A program made the position numbers and the translations under genes. A stretch of 25,738 nt of DNA from a virus (lineage: Duplodnaviria > Caudoviricetes), in IMG/VR virus record IMGVR_UViG_3300038673_000135, positions 1 to 25,738 of that record; one strand, 5' to 3'. Below, one piece after another: positions 1 to 8,650 of the stretch. Under the pieces are notes generated by a model. The model was not told the DNA's origin, did not search any database, and worked only from the letters and a program-made list of their open reading frames with translations. Position 1 is the first letter of the stretch; each line of letters starts with the position of its first letter.

Positions 1-1
1 G

Positions 2-223
2 TACGCCGAACAGGACCTTCTGGAACTGGACGACTGGTGGTGGTTGATCACCCCGGGCGCCGGCTACGCGCACTATGCGCGCCTTGTCTACACGGACGGC
101 AGAGTGAGCCGCAACTACGCGTACTGCGGCTACTATGGCGTTCGGCCGGCTTTGTATCTGGATTCTGAAATCTTCCTGTCGCTGGAACCCGACGAAGTCG
201 ATCTTTCCGATTCCGCCCTGTAG
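2..223 (+). CDS. 5'-partial DUF6273-like / C-type-lectin-fold protein with a DGR variable-region-like segment
   Basis: My translation: YAEQDLLELDDWWWLITPGAGYAHYARLVYTDGRVSRNYAYCGYYGVRPALYLDSEIFLSLEPDEVDLSDSAL*. WWLxTP...V..DG...GVRPAL is the typical motif. Not in the ORF track because it has no start in the window. Confidence 0.75.
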   Translation, partial: YAEQDLLELDDWWWLITPGAGYAHYARLVYTDGRVSRNYAYCGYYGVRPALYLDSEIFLSLEPDEVDLSDSAL

Positions 224-310
224 CGGAAGATTGTTACGTTGCGCCAGATGCTCATGGATTTGCATGACGAGTTGAGGTGACTGCGCTATTACACCGGAAG
301 GAGAACCAGA

Positions 311-595
311 ATGGAACTTGGGCAAGCAGTAACCGTTGCAGCGAATATGCTCCGAACAGGGGCAAAGCCACACATGACGTCCTTGAACCATGACAGGTAT
401 CGGCGCAATGTGCTTGTGCCGCCAAGGAAGGGCGTATGGGTAGGAAAGCGAAGCATACACACGGAAGGTTATACGACATACGACAGCGACGAGGGTTATT
501 ATTTCGTTCCAAAGAAGACCGTCGGCGTAAATCTGGTAGCCATATCTGCAAGAGAATTGTTGTACGTATTGGACGAGGATATTTCAGAATCGTAA
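311..595 (+). CDS. hypothetical phage protein (94 aa)
   Basis: AAGGAG RBS upstream of the ATG; clean ORF. Confidence 0.7.
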   Translation: MELGQAVTVAANMLRTGAKPHMTSLNHDRYRRNVLVPPRKGVWVGKRSIHTEGYTTYDSDEGYYFVPKKTVGVNLVAISARELLYVLDEDISES

Positions 596-670
596 CACGC
601 AATAGCCAGATATAGCATAGCAACATCGCGACGATCCGGGGCGGCGCCGGGGAGCGTTTGCAGGAGCCAA

Positions 671-1378
671 ATCAGTCAGCGTGACGGCCGACAAAATGCC
701 GGTGGGCTGTCAGTCATGGGGAAGCGTCTCATCATTGCCCAGGAGACCGAGGAAGGCCGCAAGCTGTCCAGCCAGGCGCTCAAGAAGCTCAGCAGCACAG
801 ACCCCATCACCGAACGGCCACTGTATGAGAACGAACGGACATTTACCCCGAGCCACACCCTCATCATGGCAACCAACTTCCTGCCCAGGGTGGGCTCGAC
901 AGACGATGGCACATGGCGCCGAATCATGGTGGTTCCCTTCCGGGCATGCATTGCGGATGGCGTACAAATCAAGGGATATGCAGACGTTATGTATGAGGCG
1001 GACCGGGACGCTATCTTGGCATGGATTGTCGAGGGCGCCAAGCGAATGCTGGCCAGCGGATGCCGGCTGGTACCGCCTCGCTGTGTGGAGGAGATGACCC
1101 AGAGCTACAAGTCTGCCGAGGACTGGCTGGGCAATTTCCTGGATGAGTGTTGCGATGTTGGTCACTACTCAACCCCAGGGAGCGACCTTTACAGCGTGTA
1201 CACCAGATGGGCCGAAAACGCCAATGAGCATCCCAGACGCGCGCGTGATTTCGCCGCTGCGCTCGAGGCGAGAGGGTTCGTCAAGAGAAAAACAATGACC
1301 AATAACATGTGGGACGGCTTGCAGGTTAACGTAAACAACGCTATTGACAAAATTTCAGGCTGGTTTTATGGAGGATGA
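671..1378 (+). pseudogene. N-terminally truncated P4/D5-family primase-helicase (C-terminal half only)
   Basis: Has Walker B (GKRLIIAQE), motif C (ATNFLP), Arg-finger WRRI and a C-terminal winged-helix-like region. No Walker A or primase domain. The frame is closed upstream by TAA at 593-595; the 5' boundary is approximate. Confidence 0.75.
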
Positions 1379-1495
1379 AATCCGCTGTTTATGCGGGTTA
1401 TGGAACATGATGGAGGATGAAATACAAACTTTCTCTTATAGTATTCTGAATTTCCTTATGCGAAACTTTTACATTTATCCTCCATCATCCTCCAT
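1368..1495. repeat. direct and inverted ATGGAGGAT repeats around an AT-rich spacer; candidate origin or protein-binding array
   Basis: ATGGAGGATGAAAT at 1368-1381 and 1410-1423; reverse complement ATCCTCCAT at 1477-1485 and 1487-1495. Confidence 0.65.
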
Positions 1496-1545
1496 AAAGG
1501 ATAGAGAATAACCTTGAAACACAGTCAGAGAAAGGGTTTTAGAAC

Positions 1546-2088
1546 ATGGAACATGAAGCCGCCAAAAAAGTCAATACCGGGAATAAGTCAACCAAATGGA
1601 CCCCTGAACAGCAGTTTGTTATTGACGAATTGGAATCATACCCCTTCATGCTCACCGATGCACGCCGTCTATTCGAGGAAATGAGACAACTGGCAGACCG
1701 ACGGCTGGAATGTGATATGCCCGCCATGGTACATCGATACGATAGCGGCCCTATCCAGAGGACCGGAGTGTCGGATCCCATGCATGATATCGTGGCAGCA
1801 ACAGAAAGCATCGACCGGAAGATGGATGAGCTGCGCACGCAACAGGAGAATCTGTTGACCAGGCATACACGAATCACGCACGACCTGACAAGGCTCACTC
1901 CATCCCAAGCGGCCGTCATACGCCTCAGACACTTTGACCGGTACCGCTGGACACAAATACAAGACCGTCTCAATTGTGGGGAAACGCAGATAGGTAGAAT
2001 CTATGAAAGGGCGATAGAGCGGATGACTTACCTCATGTCAGATATACTTTCTCGGCGAAACACGGAAAATGGAGGGAAAAGGGGGTAA
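1546..2088 (+). CDS. ArpU/RinA/DUF1492-like late transcriptional activator
   Basis: C-terminal sigma-4-like HTH (LTPSQAAVIRLRHFDRYRWTQIQDRLNCGETQIGRIYERAI), SDP motif, position directly before the packaging module. Confidence 0.8.
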   Translation: MEHEAAKKVNTGNKSTKWTPEQQFVIDELESYPFMLTDARRLFEEMRQLADRRLECDMPAMVHRYDSGPIQRTGVSDPMHDIVAATESIDRKMDELRTQQENLLTRHTRITHDLTRLTPSQAAVIRLRHFDRYRWTQIQDRLNCGETQIGRIYERAIERMTYLMSDILSRRNTENGGKRG

Positions 2089-2096
2089 ATGGAGGA

Positions 2097-2125
2097 TTGC
2101 CATATATAACTGGGGGTAGTAGTCT
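2097..2125 (+). promoter_or_regulatory. putative late promoter
   Basis: TTGCCA (2097-2102), 17 bp, TAGTCT (2120-2125), immediately after the activator gene; preceded by ATGGAGG direct repeats at 2069 and 2089. Confidence 0.5.
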
Positions 2126-2185
2126 GAATGTGTAGTAGACCGCTGGTGCAGCGGAGATGGCATGGACGTCGCAAGGCGACGCAAC

Positions 2186-2220
2186 AAAGGGGCCTCCCAT
2201 TCGTGGGACGGGCCCCTTTT
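2186..2220 (+). terminator. terminator/attenuator-like hairpin in the late leader
   Basis: AAAGGGGCC-TCCCA-TTCG-TGGGA-CG-GGCCCCTTTT. Confidence 0.5.
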
Positions 2221-2302
2221 CCATGCCTTCATGCTGTCTGTGGATATCCTGCGATGAGGCGCTGCCTGGGCGCATGCCTCCCGTCCAGGCAGCGAGGAGC
2301 AC

Positions 2303-2641
2303 ATGACTGAGCAGCAAATAACATGGGTGACAGAGCTTGTTACCAAGGGGCAATCATACTGGTTCTATGTATCACGGGCATGGAAGCGGGTCAGGCTGGA
2401 AGTGCTGAAGTATTTCCGCTATGAATGCCAGCCATGCAAGCGCAAGGGAAGATACACCCGAGCGACGGTTGTGCATCATCGGTTCCGGCTGGATGAGTAC
2501 CCGCAGTATGCCTTGGAAAAGACAGTCATCATCAACGGGGTCGAGCACATCAACCTCGAGGCATATTGCCGGGACTGCCACGAGGAAGAGCATGAGCACA
2601 GGCATGAGGCCAAGCCGCAGCTCAATGAGGAGCGCTGGTAA
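2303..2641 (+). CDS. HNH endonuclease (cos-packaging associated)
   Basis: CQPC...ATVVHH...NL...CRDCHEEEH; upstream of terS; GAGGAG RBS. Confidence 0.9.
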   Translation: MTEQQITWVTELVTKGQSYWFYVSRAWKRVRLEVLKYFRYECQPCKRKGRYTRATVVHHRFRLDEYPQYALEKTVIINGVEHINLEAYCRDCHEEEHEHRHEAKPQLNEERW

Positions 2642-2752
2642 GCGGCCGGGCATCCCCCCGGTCGAAACAAAACGCGATTTAAGTTGGGGGTGCCTGCCGG
2701 AAGGGGTACTTGACAGTTCCGATCAGCGTGAAAATTCGCGCGTGAGGGGGGG
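2642..2752. other. probable cos/packaging region
   Basis: Non-coding gap between HNH and terS with C and G runs (CCCCCCGG...GGGGG...CCGGAAGGGG), the usual location in HNH-terS-terL cos phages. Confidence 0.45.
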
Positions 2753-2772
2753 TGGTCATAGGAGGAGTTGGA

Positions 2773-3159
2773 ATGGCAAGAAAAAAATCAATGACTCCGG
2801 ATTCGTTCCGGCGGTCGAAGGAATACAAAGCGGTTTACCGGGACATTGTGGATCAGCTTGATCGAAACGGAACTTTCGGCGAGCACTATCAAGATCTTGT
2901 TGGCGATTACATGGACATGTGGATCACGAAGTGCTTGTTATTCCGTGACATTGAAGAGCGCGGTGTGATGGTCCCGTACAATAATGGAGGCGGTCAGGAA
3001 GGCATTAAGAAAAACGAGTCGGTCGAGTTAAGTTTGAAGATGAACGCCCAGATGTTGAGACTTCTCAATGAGTTGGGAATCAAGTCCGTAACCACTCGGC
3101 CGCCGGACGACGGAGGTGGCGACAGTGGAAGGGAAAACTCCGAGCGTGACCACCTCTGA
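2773..3159 (+). CDS. terS: terminase small subunit (P27 family-like)
   Basis: GGAGG RBS then ATG at 2773; DLVGDYMDMW...DIEERGV...NGGGQ...KKNES...MLRLLNELGIK. Confidence 0.9.
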   Translation: MARKKSMTPDSFRRSKEYKAVYRDIVDQLDRNGTFGEHYQDLVGDYMDMWITKCLLFRDIEERGVMVPYNNGGGQEGIKKNESVELSLKMNAQMLRLLNELGIKSVTTRPPDDGGGDSGRENSERDHL

Positions 3160-4813
3160 CATTCCGGCTCAAGTGCTTCGCTATATCGAGATGGTCGAGA
3201 AATGCGAGATACAGGCATGTGAAGAGCAACACCTGCTTGTGGGGCATGTTCGTCGTTGCTTCGAAACCGAGACACTGTATGTGAACGAGAAGCAGGTGGA
3301 GAACTATTTGCGCCTGGCAAAGTACTTCCCTTTCGAGCGCCTGTTCGAATGGGAGGAATTCTGTTTTATCCTCCACAACTGTGTTTTTCGTGCCGACGGA
3401 ATGCCTCGATGGCCGGACCTTTTTATACTGACCGGACGTGGAGCCGGCAAGGACGGATACCTCGGGTTCGAGGCCTTTGCATTAACAAGTGAGTACAACG
3501 GAATACCGCAATACCATGTGGACATTTGCGCAAACAATGAGGAACAGGCGCGTGAGCCGTTCAATGACATACACCTGATTCTCGACAATCCAGCGAACAA
3601 CAAGAAACTGAAGCGGTTTTTCTACTGGAATCAGGAGAAGATAACCAACCTTCAAACGATGTCGACAATCAGGTACCGCACGAACAGCCCGAAAGGCAAG
3701 GACGGCCTGAGGTCTGGCATCGTGCAGTTCAACGAGCTGCACCAATACCAGGACTACGCCAATATCAACGTTTTCACGACGGGCCTCGGGAAAAAGAAGC
3801 ACCCGCGGCGAACTTATGCAACAACGAACGGGGATGTCAGGGACGGTCCGCTTGACCATCTCATCGAACGGGCTGAGGAAATCCTCAGAAACGGCGCCCC
3901 CGATGACGGTCTGTTGGCCTTCTTGTGCAAGCTGAATAAGCGGGATGACGTCCACAATCCGGAGCTGTGGGAGATGGCGAACCCGTCCCTACCGTACCGG
4001 CCTGATCTGCAAGAGCAGATTGCAAAGGAGTATAAAGACTGGGCCAGAAACCCCGCGCAGTTTTCCGCGTTCATGACCAAGCGGATGAACATACCCGATG
4101 GCAATGCTGCCATACAAGTCACGAGTTGGGATAACATTCTGTCCACGAATCAGCCGGTACCGGATTTCGAAGGCGGTACTGCGGTGGCCGGAATTGACTA
4201 TTCGAAAATCAATGACTTCGCGGCGGCAGGCGTGTTGCTCCGGCAGGGCGATGTCAGGTACTGGATATCGCATTCTTGGGTTTGCCGCCGGTCTGTTGAC
4301 TTGCCACGTGTAAAGGCTCCGTGGCGCGAGTGGGAAAAGGAAGGCCTGCTGACGGTTGTCGACGATGTGGAGATAAATCCAGATTTCATTGCCGAGTGGG
4401 TGGCCGGGCAACTGGCAAGGTTCAATATCCCGATGCTGGCCCTCGACAACTTCAGATATGCATTACTCGCCAAGTCGTTGCGCGCCGTCGGGTTTGACTA
4501 TGCGCAGTACAAAAACGTCAAGCTAGTTCGGCCTTCTGACGTGATGAAAGTTTCACCGGTGATAGAGAGTTTGTTCGCCAACCACAACATCGTCTGGGGC
4601 GACAACCCCCTGATGCGCTGGTACACCAACAACACGATGATGATTCGGACCGGGATCAATGCCAAGACCGGGAACATGACCTACGGGAAAATCGAGGGAC
4701 GGTCCCGGAAGACAGATGGATTCATGGCCTTCGTGGCCGCGATGACCGTTGAATCGGAACTGGGAGACTGCGACGCCGGCGGATTTGATGACCTGCCGGT
4801 GTTCACATTTTAA
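3116..4813 (+). CDS. terL: terminase large subunit
   Basis: Walker A GRGAGKDG, Walker B-like FNELH, GIDYS...D nuclease motif, C-terminal RKTDGFMA. The start may instead be the GTG at 3125. Confidence 0.95.
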   Translation: MATVEGKTPSVTTSDIPAQVLRYIEMVEKCEIQACEEQHLLVGHVRRCFETETLYVNEKQVENYLRLAKYFPFERLFEWEEFCFILHNCVFRADGMPRWPDLFILTGRGAGKDGYLGFEAFALTSEYNGIPQYHVDICANNEEQAREPFNDIHLILDNPANNKKLKRFFYWNQEKITNLQTMSTIRYRTNSPKGKDGLRSGIVQFNELHQYQDYANINVFTTGLGKKKHPRRTYATTNGDVRDGPLDHLIERAEEILRNGAPDDGLLAFLCKLNKRDDVHNPELWEMANPSLPYRPDLQEQIAKEYKDWARNPAQFSAFMTKRMNIPDGNAAIQVTSWDNILSTNQPVPDFEGGTAVAGIDYSKINDFAAAGVLLRQGDVRYWISHSWVCRRSVDLPRVKAPWREWEKEGLLTVVDDVEINPDFIAEWVAGQLARFNIPMLALDNFRYALLAKSLRAVGFDYAQYKNVKLVRPSDVMKVSPVIESLFANHNIVWGDNPLMRWYTNNTMMIRTGINAKTGNMTYGKIEGRSRKTDGFMAFVAAMTVESELGDCDAGGFDDLPVFTF

Positions 4814-4827
4814 GGGGGTGATGACTT

Positions 4828-6039
4828 ATTGGCCTGCTCACATGGATTGTCAGTCGGCTCTCAAATGGCACGGCCTCCTTGAACGCTGCGGCGGTCGAGG
4901 AATTCTGGAGCCTGTCCAGCGATATGTATGTGCGGGAGTTGGCCTTCCGGTCGGCGGTCAACCTGATCGCGAACTCGGTCAGCAAATGCGAATTCAAGAC
5001 GTTCCTGCGAGGTGAGGAGACGCAGGGGCCGGAATACTATCTCTGGAACGTGCAGCCGAACCGGAACCAGAACTCATCCGAGTTCATCCACAAATGGGTC
5101 AGCAAGTTGTACGAGCGAAACGAGGCTCTGATTGTGGAGGTGGATGGAAACCTCCTGGTCGCGGACTCGTTCAACAAACAGGAATTCGCGCTGTATGACC
5201 ATGTCTTCTCAGGCGTGACGGTCAATGAACTTACCTTCGCACGGCCGTTCTACATGAATCAGGTCCTGTACTTCCAGCTGTCCGACAACAATGTCCGCGC
5301 GCTGGTCAACGGGCTCTATGAATCGTATGGGAAGCTGACGGCATACAGCATGAAGTCCTTCCAGCGGTCCCGCGGCAGTCGCGGGATTTTGAAAATTGAC
5401 GCCCAGACATCAGCAAAGCCCGGTTACAAGGCTGACCTTGAAAACTTGATGAACGAACGGTTCAAGAAGTTCTTCGAGGCAGACAATGCTGTGGTGCCGC
5501 TGACGACTGGCTACAAGTACGATGACATAGGCTCGAAGACCTACTCTCCGGAAACAACCCGCGACATACGAGCCCAGGTGGATGACATCTTCGACTTCAC
5601 GGCTCGCGCCCTGGGCATCCCTCCGGCGCTGCTCCGCGGAGACCTTGCCAATGTCAGTGATGCCGTCAACAATCTCCTCACGTTTTGTGTCGACCCGCTC
5701 TGCGACATGATGCAGGAGGAAATCAACCGGAAGCGGAACGGCCTGTCCGGGTTCCTGCAAAAGACATACCTGCAAATCGACACCCGGAACATCAAGCATC
5801 TGGACCTGCTCAGCATGGCCGGCAGCATCGACAAGCTGCTTTCTTCTGGCGTGTACAGCGTCAATGGTATCCGTAGGCTGCTTGGAGAAAGCACAATCAA
5901 CGAGCCATGGGCAGACCAACATTTCATGACTAAAAACTACACCACCGTCGAGGAGCTGCTGGAAGCAATGAATCAGCTCGTCGCCGAGAAAGGAGGAAAC
6001 GGTGCGCAAAACAATCTGGGAACTCAAACAGGCAGCTGA
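4828..6039 (+). CDS. HK97-family portal protein
   Basis: AVNLIANSVSKCEFK, PNRNQN, ARALGIPPALL motifs. Start placed at ATT 4828 after the GGGGGTGA RBS (ORF track gives 4879). Confidence 0.92.
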   Translation: MGLLTWIVSRLSNGTASLNAAAVEEFWSLSSDMYVRELAFRSAVNLIANSVSKCEFKTFLRGEETQGPEYYLWNVQPNRNQNSSEFIHKWVSKLYERNEALIVEVDGNLLVADSFNKQEFALYDHVFSGVTVNELTFARPFYMNQVLYFQLSDNNVRALVNGLYESYGKLTAYSMKSFQRSRGSRGILKIDAQTSAKPGYKADLENLMNERFKKFFEADNAVVPLTTGYKYDDIGSKTYSPETTRDIRAQVDDIFDFTARALGIPPALLRGDLANVSDAVNNLLTFCVDPLCDMMQEEINRKRNGLSGFLQKTYLQIDTRNIKHLDLLSMAGSIDKLLSSGVYSVNGIRRLLGESTINEPWADQHFMTKNYTTVEELLEAMNQLVAEKGGNGAQNNLGTQTGS

Positions 6040-6796
6040 ACCGGACACGCTGGAGATGTACCTGTATGAGAGCATCCAGCCGGACGGGTACGACTGGTGG
6101 AGCGATGAGAAGATCATCAGCGAAACATCCGCCAACCATTTCCGCGAGGAGCTGGGCAAGCACCAGAACATCAAGCAAATCAACCTGTACGTCAACAGCT
6201 ACGGTGGGGATGTGAAGGAGGCCATGGGTATCCATGCGCAGCTGAAGCGCCACCCGGCAAATGTCACGGCCTATGTCGATGGCTTTGCCGCATCGGCCGC
6301 ATCATTCATCCTGACCGCATGCGACAAGGTGGTCATGGCGGCGCCCACCATGCAGATGATCCACGATATGTGGAACGTCAGCATCGGGAATGCTGCAGAC
6401 CACCGAAAGAACGCGGACGACCTCGATGCCATCATGGCCGGGAACCGGCAGGCGTACCTCGCCAAGTCCGGTGGCAAGCTCAACGAAAAGCAGCTCAAGG
6501 CACTCATGCAGGCCGAGACATGGCTCAATGCCGAGCAATGCATGGAGTTCGGGCTATGCGACGAAATCTCCGACAAGGCCGTCGACATGGCGGTCGCAGA
6601 GGCTGCCCTCAAAGCGAAGAGCGACACCCTGGCTCAGAAGAGCCGGCAACTGGTCGCCCAGCTGCGGCAGATGGCCGAGCCTCCGCCACCGCCTCCGGTC
6701 GAACCCACAGCTCCCGCTGACCCGCCGGCACCGCCGGCTGACCCTGCCCCGAAGGAAAACACACCGCTGAGACTGTTCGCAGCGCTGGGGCGCTGA
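6002..6796 (+). CDS. ClpP-related head maturation protease
   Basis: NSYGGDV, DGFAASAASFI, MIH, ETWLNAEQCMEFGLCDEI; Pro-rich C-terminal linker. Confidence 0.93.
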   Translation: MRKTIWELKQAAEPDTLEMYLYESIQPDGYDWWSDEKIISETSANHFREELGKHQNIKQINLYVNSYGGDVKEAMGIHAQLKRHPANVTAYVDGFAASAASFILTACDKVVMAAPTMQMIHDMWNVSIGNAADHRKNADDLDAIMAGNRQAYLAKSGGKLNEKQLKALMQAETWLNAEQCMEFGLCDEISDKAVDMAVAEAALKAKSDTLAQKSRQLVAQLRQMAEPPPPPPVEPTAPADPPAPPADPAPKENTPLRLFAALGR

Positions 6797-6812
6797 CGAG
6801 GAAGGAAGGATT

Positions 6813-8318
6813 ATGAAGAACCTTGATACCCTGAAACAGGAAAAGCAGGCCATCATGCAGCAGATCCATGCTGCCCTGAAGGCCGGCGATGATGCTGCCT
6901 TCCAGGACGCGTTCGGGAAGTTCACCGAGAACCTCCAGGAAGCCGTCATGCTGGAGGCCCATGGCCTTGTCCAGGCAGCCGATGCCAAAATCATGGCCGG
7001 CCGCGGCGTCCGTCAGCTGACGAGTGACGAGAACAAGTATTACCAGGCCGTCCTCGACGCGATGAAAACCAACAACCCGAAGCAGGCGCTGGCCGACATT
7101 TCCGAGGCCATGCCGAAGACCATCATCGATGAGGTCTTTGTGGACCTGGTTGCTGAGCACCCTCTGCTTGAGGTCGTCGACTTCCAGAACACCTCTGGAC
7201 TCATCGAGTTCCTGGTCAACACCAACAGCGTCGAGTTGGCCACATGGGGTGTCTTGACTGCTGACATCACCAAGCAACTGACCGGTGGCTTCAAGAAGGT
7301 CAACATGTCCCTGAACAAGCTCTCGGCGTTCCTGCCGATCGCGAAGTCCATGCTGGACCTTGGCCCGGCGTACATGGACCGCTTCGTGCGTGCGATGCTC
7401 GGTGAAGCACTGGCGTATGGCCTCGAGGAAGGCATCGTCGACGGCACCGGCAAGAACATGCCCATCGGCATGAATCGTCAGGTCGGTACCGGCGTCGTGG
7501 TCACGGATGGTGTGTATCCTGAGAAGGCCACCATCGCCATCACGGACCTCACTCCCGCCACCTATGCCACGCTGCTGGGCACGCTCACCACGGCCCCCAA
7601 CGGGAAGAAGCGCAAGGTCGCGAAGGTTGCCCTCATCGTCAACCCCACCGACTACATGAGCAAAATCTTCCCGGCCACCACCATCCGCGGCGCTGACGGT
7701 CAGTACGTCAACAACGTGTTCCCGTTCCCGACGGATGTCATCCAGTCTGTGGAGGTTCCCTCCGGCAAGGCCATCATGGGTCTGCCCGGCCGGTACTTCA
7801 TGGGCATCGGCACCCAGAAGTCCGGCAAGATTGAGTTCTCCGACGAGTACAAGTTCCTCGAGGATGAGCGCGTCTACCTCGTCAAGCTGTATGGCCATGG
7901 CGAGCCCAAGGACAACAACGCGTTCCTCTACCTGGACATCAGCGGCCTCGTCGCGACTCCGTTCCAGGTTGGTGTCTCCAACTGGCCGGCGGACTATGAG
8001 GTGAGCAACCTCGAAGAAATCATTGTCCCCGCGTATCCTGACGCCCGTCTGGCCAGCCTGACCATCGGTTCCCTGACGCTGTCCCCTGCCTTCAACAAGT
8101 CCGTGTTCGTCTATACGGCGGCCACTACCAACGCAACCAACACCATCACAGCCGTCGCGAAGGATGGAGAAGCGACTGTTGCCATCACGGTAGACGGAGC
8201 CCCCCACACCAATGGTACCGCCGCAACATGGTCCGTAGGCGAGAACGAGGTCGAGGTCACCGTCACTGTCGGTGGCGAAACCGAGACATACTCTGTCGTT
8301 GTGACAAAGACCACCTAA
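6813..8318 (+). CDS. HK97-fold major capsid protein with a C-terminal cadherin-like Ig beta-sandwich
   Basis: N-terminal delta-like helical region, GTGKNMPIG, final ~95 aa DARLASLTIGSLTLSPAF...ATWSVGENEVEVTV...YSVVVTK. Confidence 0.93.
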   Translation: MKNLDTLKQEKQAIMQQIHAALKAGDDAAFQDAFGKFTENLQEAVMLEAHGLVQAADAKIMAGRGVRQLTSDENKYYQAVLDAMKTNNPKQALADISEAMPKTIIDEVFVDLVAEHPLLEVVDFQNTSGLIEFLVNTNSVELATWGVLTADITKQLTGGFKKVNMSLNKLSAFLPIAKSMLDLGPAYMDRFVRAMLGEALAYGLEEGIVDGTGKNMPIGMNRQVGTGVVVTDGVYPEKATIAITDLTPATYATLLGTLTTAPNGKKRKVAKVALIVNPTDYMSKIFPATTIRGADGQYVNNVFPFPTDVIQSVEVPSGKAIMGLPGRYFMGIGTQKSGKIEFSDEYKFLEDERVYLVKLYGHGEPKDNNAFLYLDISGLVATPFQVGVSNWPADYEVSNLEEIIVPAYPDARLASLTIGSLTLSPAFNKSVFVYTAATTNATNTITAVAKDGEATVAITVDGAPHTNGTAATWSVGENEVEVTVTVGGETETYSVVVTKTT

Positions 8319-8332
8319 GGGAGGTGTGACGG

Positions 8333-8650
8333 ATGTCCGAGTTGACCGCCGAACAGCAGCTGCTCGCTGATGTCCGGAACTACCTAGACATCACCTGGGT
8401 TGACCCGGCCGGCGATACAAAGCTGGCCGGGCTCATTGCCCGGGGGAAGGCATATCTAGATGACATCGCCGGTACCGCCCTCGACTATGCAGAAGAGGGT
8501 GACCCACGCGCGCTGTTGTTCGACTATGCCAGATACGGCCGGTCCAACGCGCTCGATGAATTCCCTGTGAATTTCCAGAGCGCGCTCATCCGGCTGCAGC
8601 TCACACAGGAGGTGGCGACGTATGCAGCAGAAGCAGCGGCAGACGTATAA
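8333..8650 (+). CDS. head-tail connector (gp6/gp15-like)
   Basis: LLADVRNYLDITW...D..L..LI...RALLFDYARY; follows the capsid gene. Confidence 0.85.
   Translation: MSELTAEQQLLADVRNYLDITWVDPAGDTKLAGLIARGKAYLDDIAGTALDYAEEGDPRALLFDYARYGRSNALDEFPVNFQSALIRLQLTQEVATYAAEAAADV

Noticed and set aside
221-280. Possible TAG read-through or recoding (frame continues RKIVTLRQMLMDLHDELR*)
   Set aside because: TAG is a true stop elsewhere (ssb ends EDLPF-TAG; also 21339 and 22272), and there is no suppressor tRNA in the window.
1344-1372. TTGACA promoter candidates at 1344 and 2710
   Set aside because: Neither has an acceptable -10 hexamer at 16-18 bp spacing.
2135-2225. tRNA-like start (TGGTGCAGCGG...GCAT)
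   Set aside because: There is no T-arm GTTCRA motif, proper anticodon arm or acceptor stem.
6609-8207. Long minus-strand ORFs (also 9632-11164, 11537-13042, 21045-22439)
   Set aside because: They are antisense shadows of well-supported high-GC-codon genes and have no recognisable motifs.
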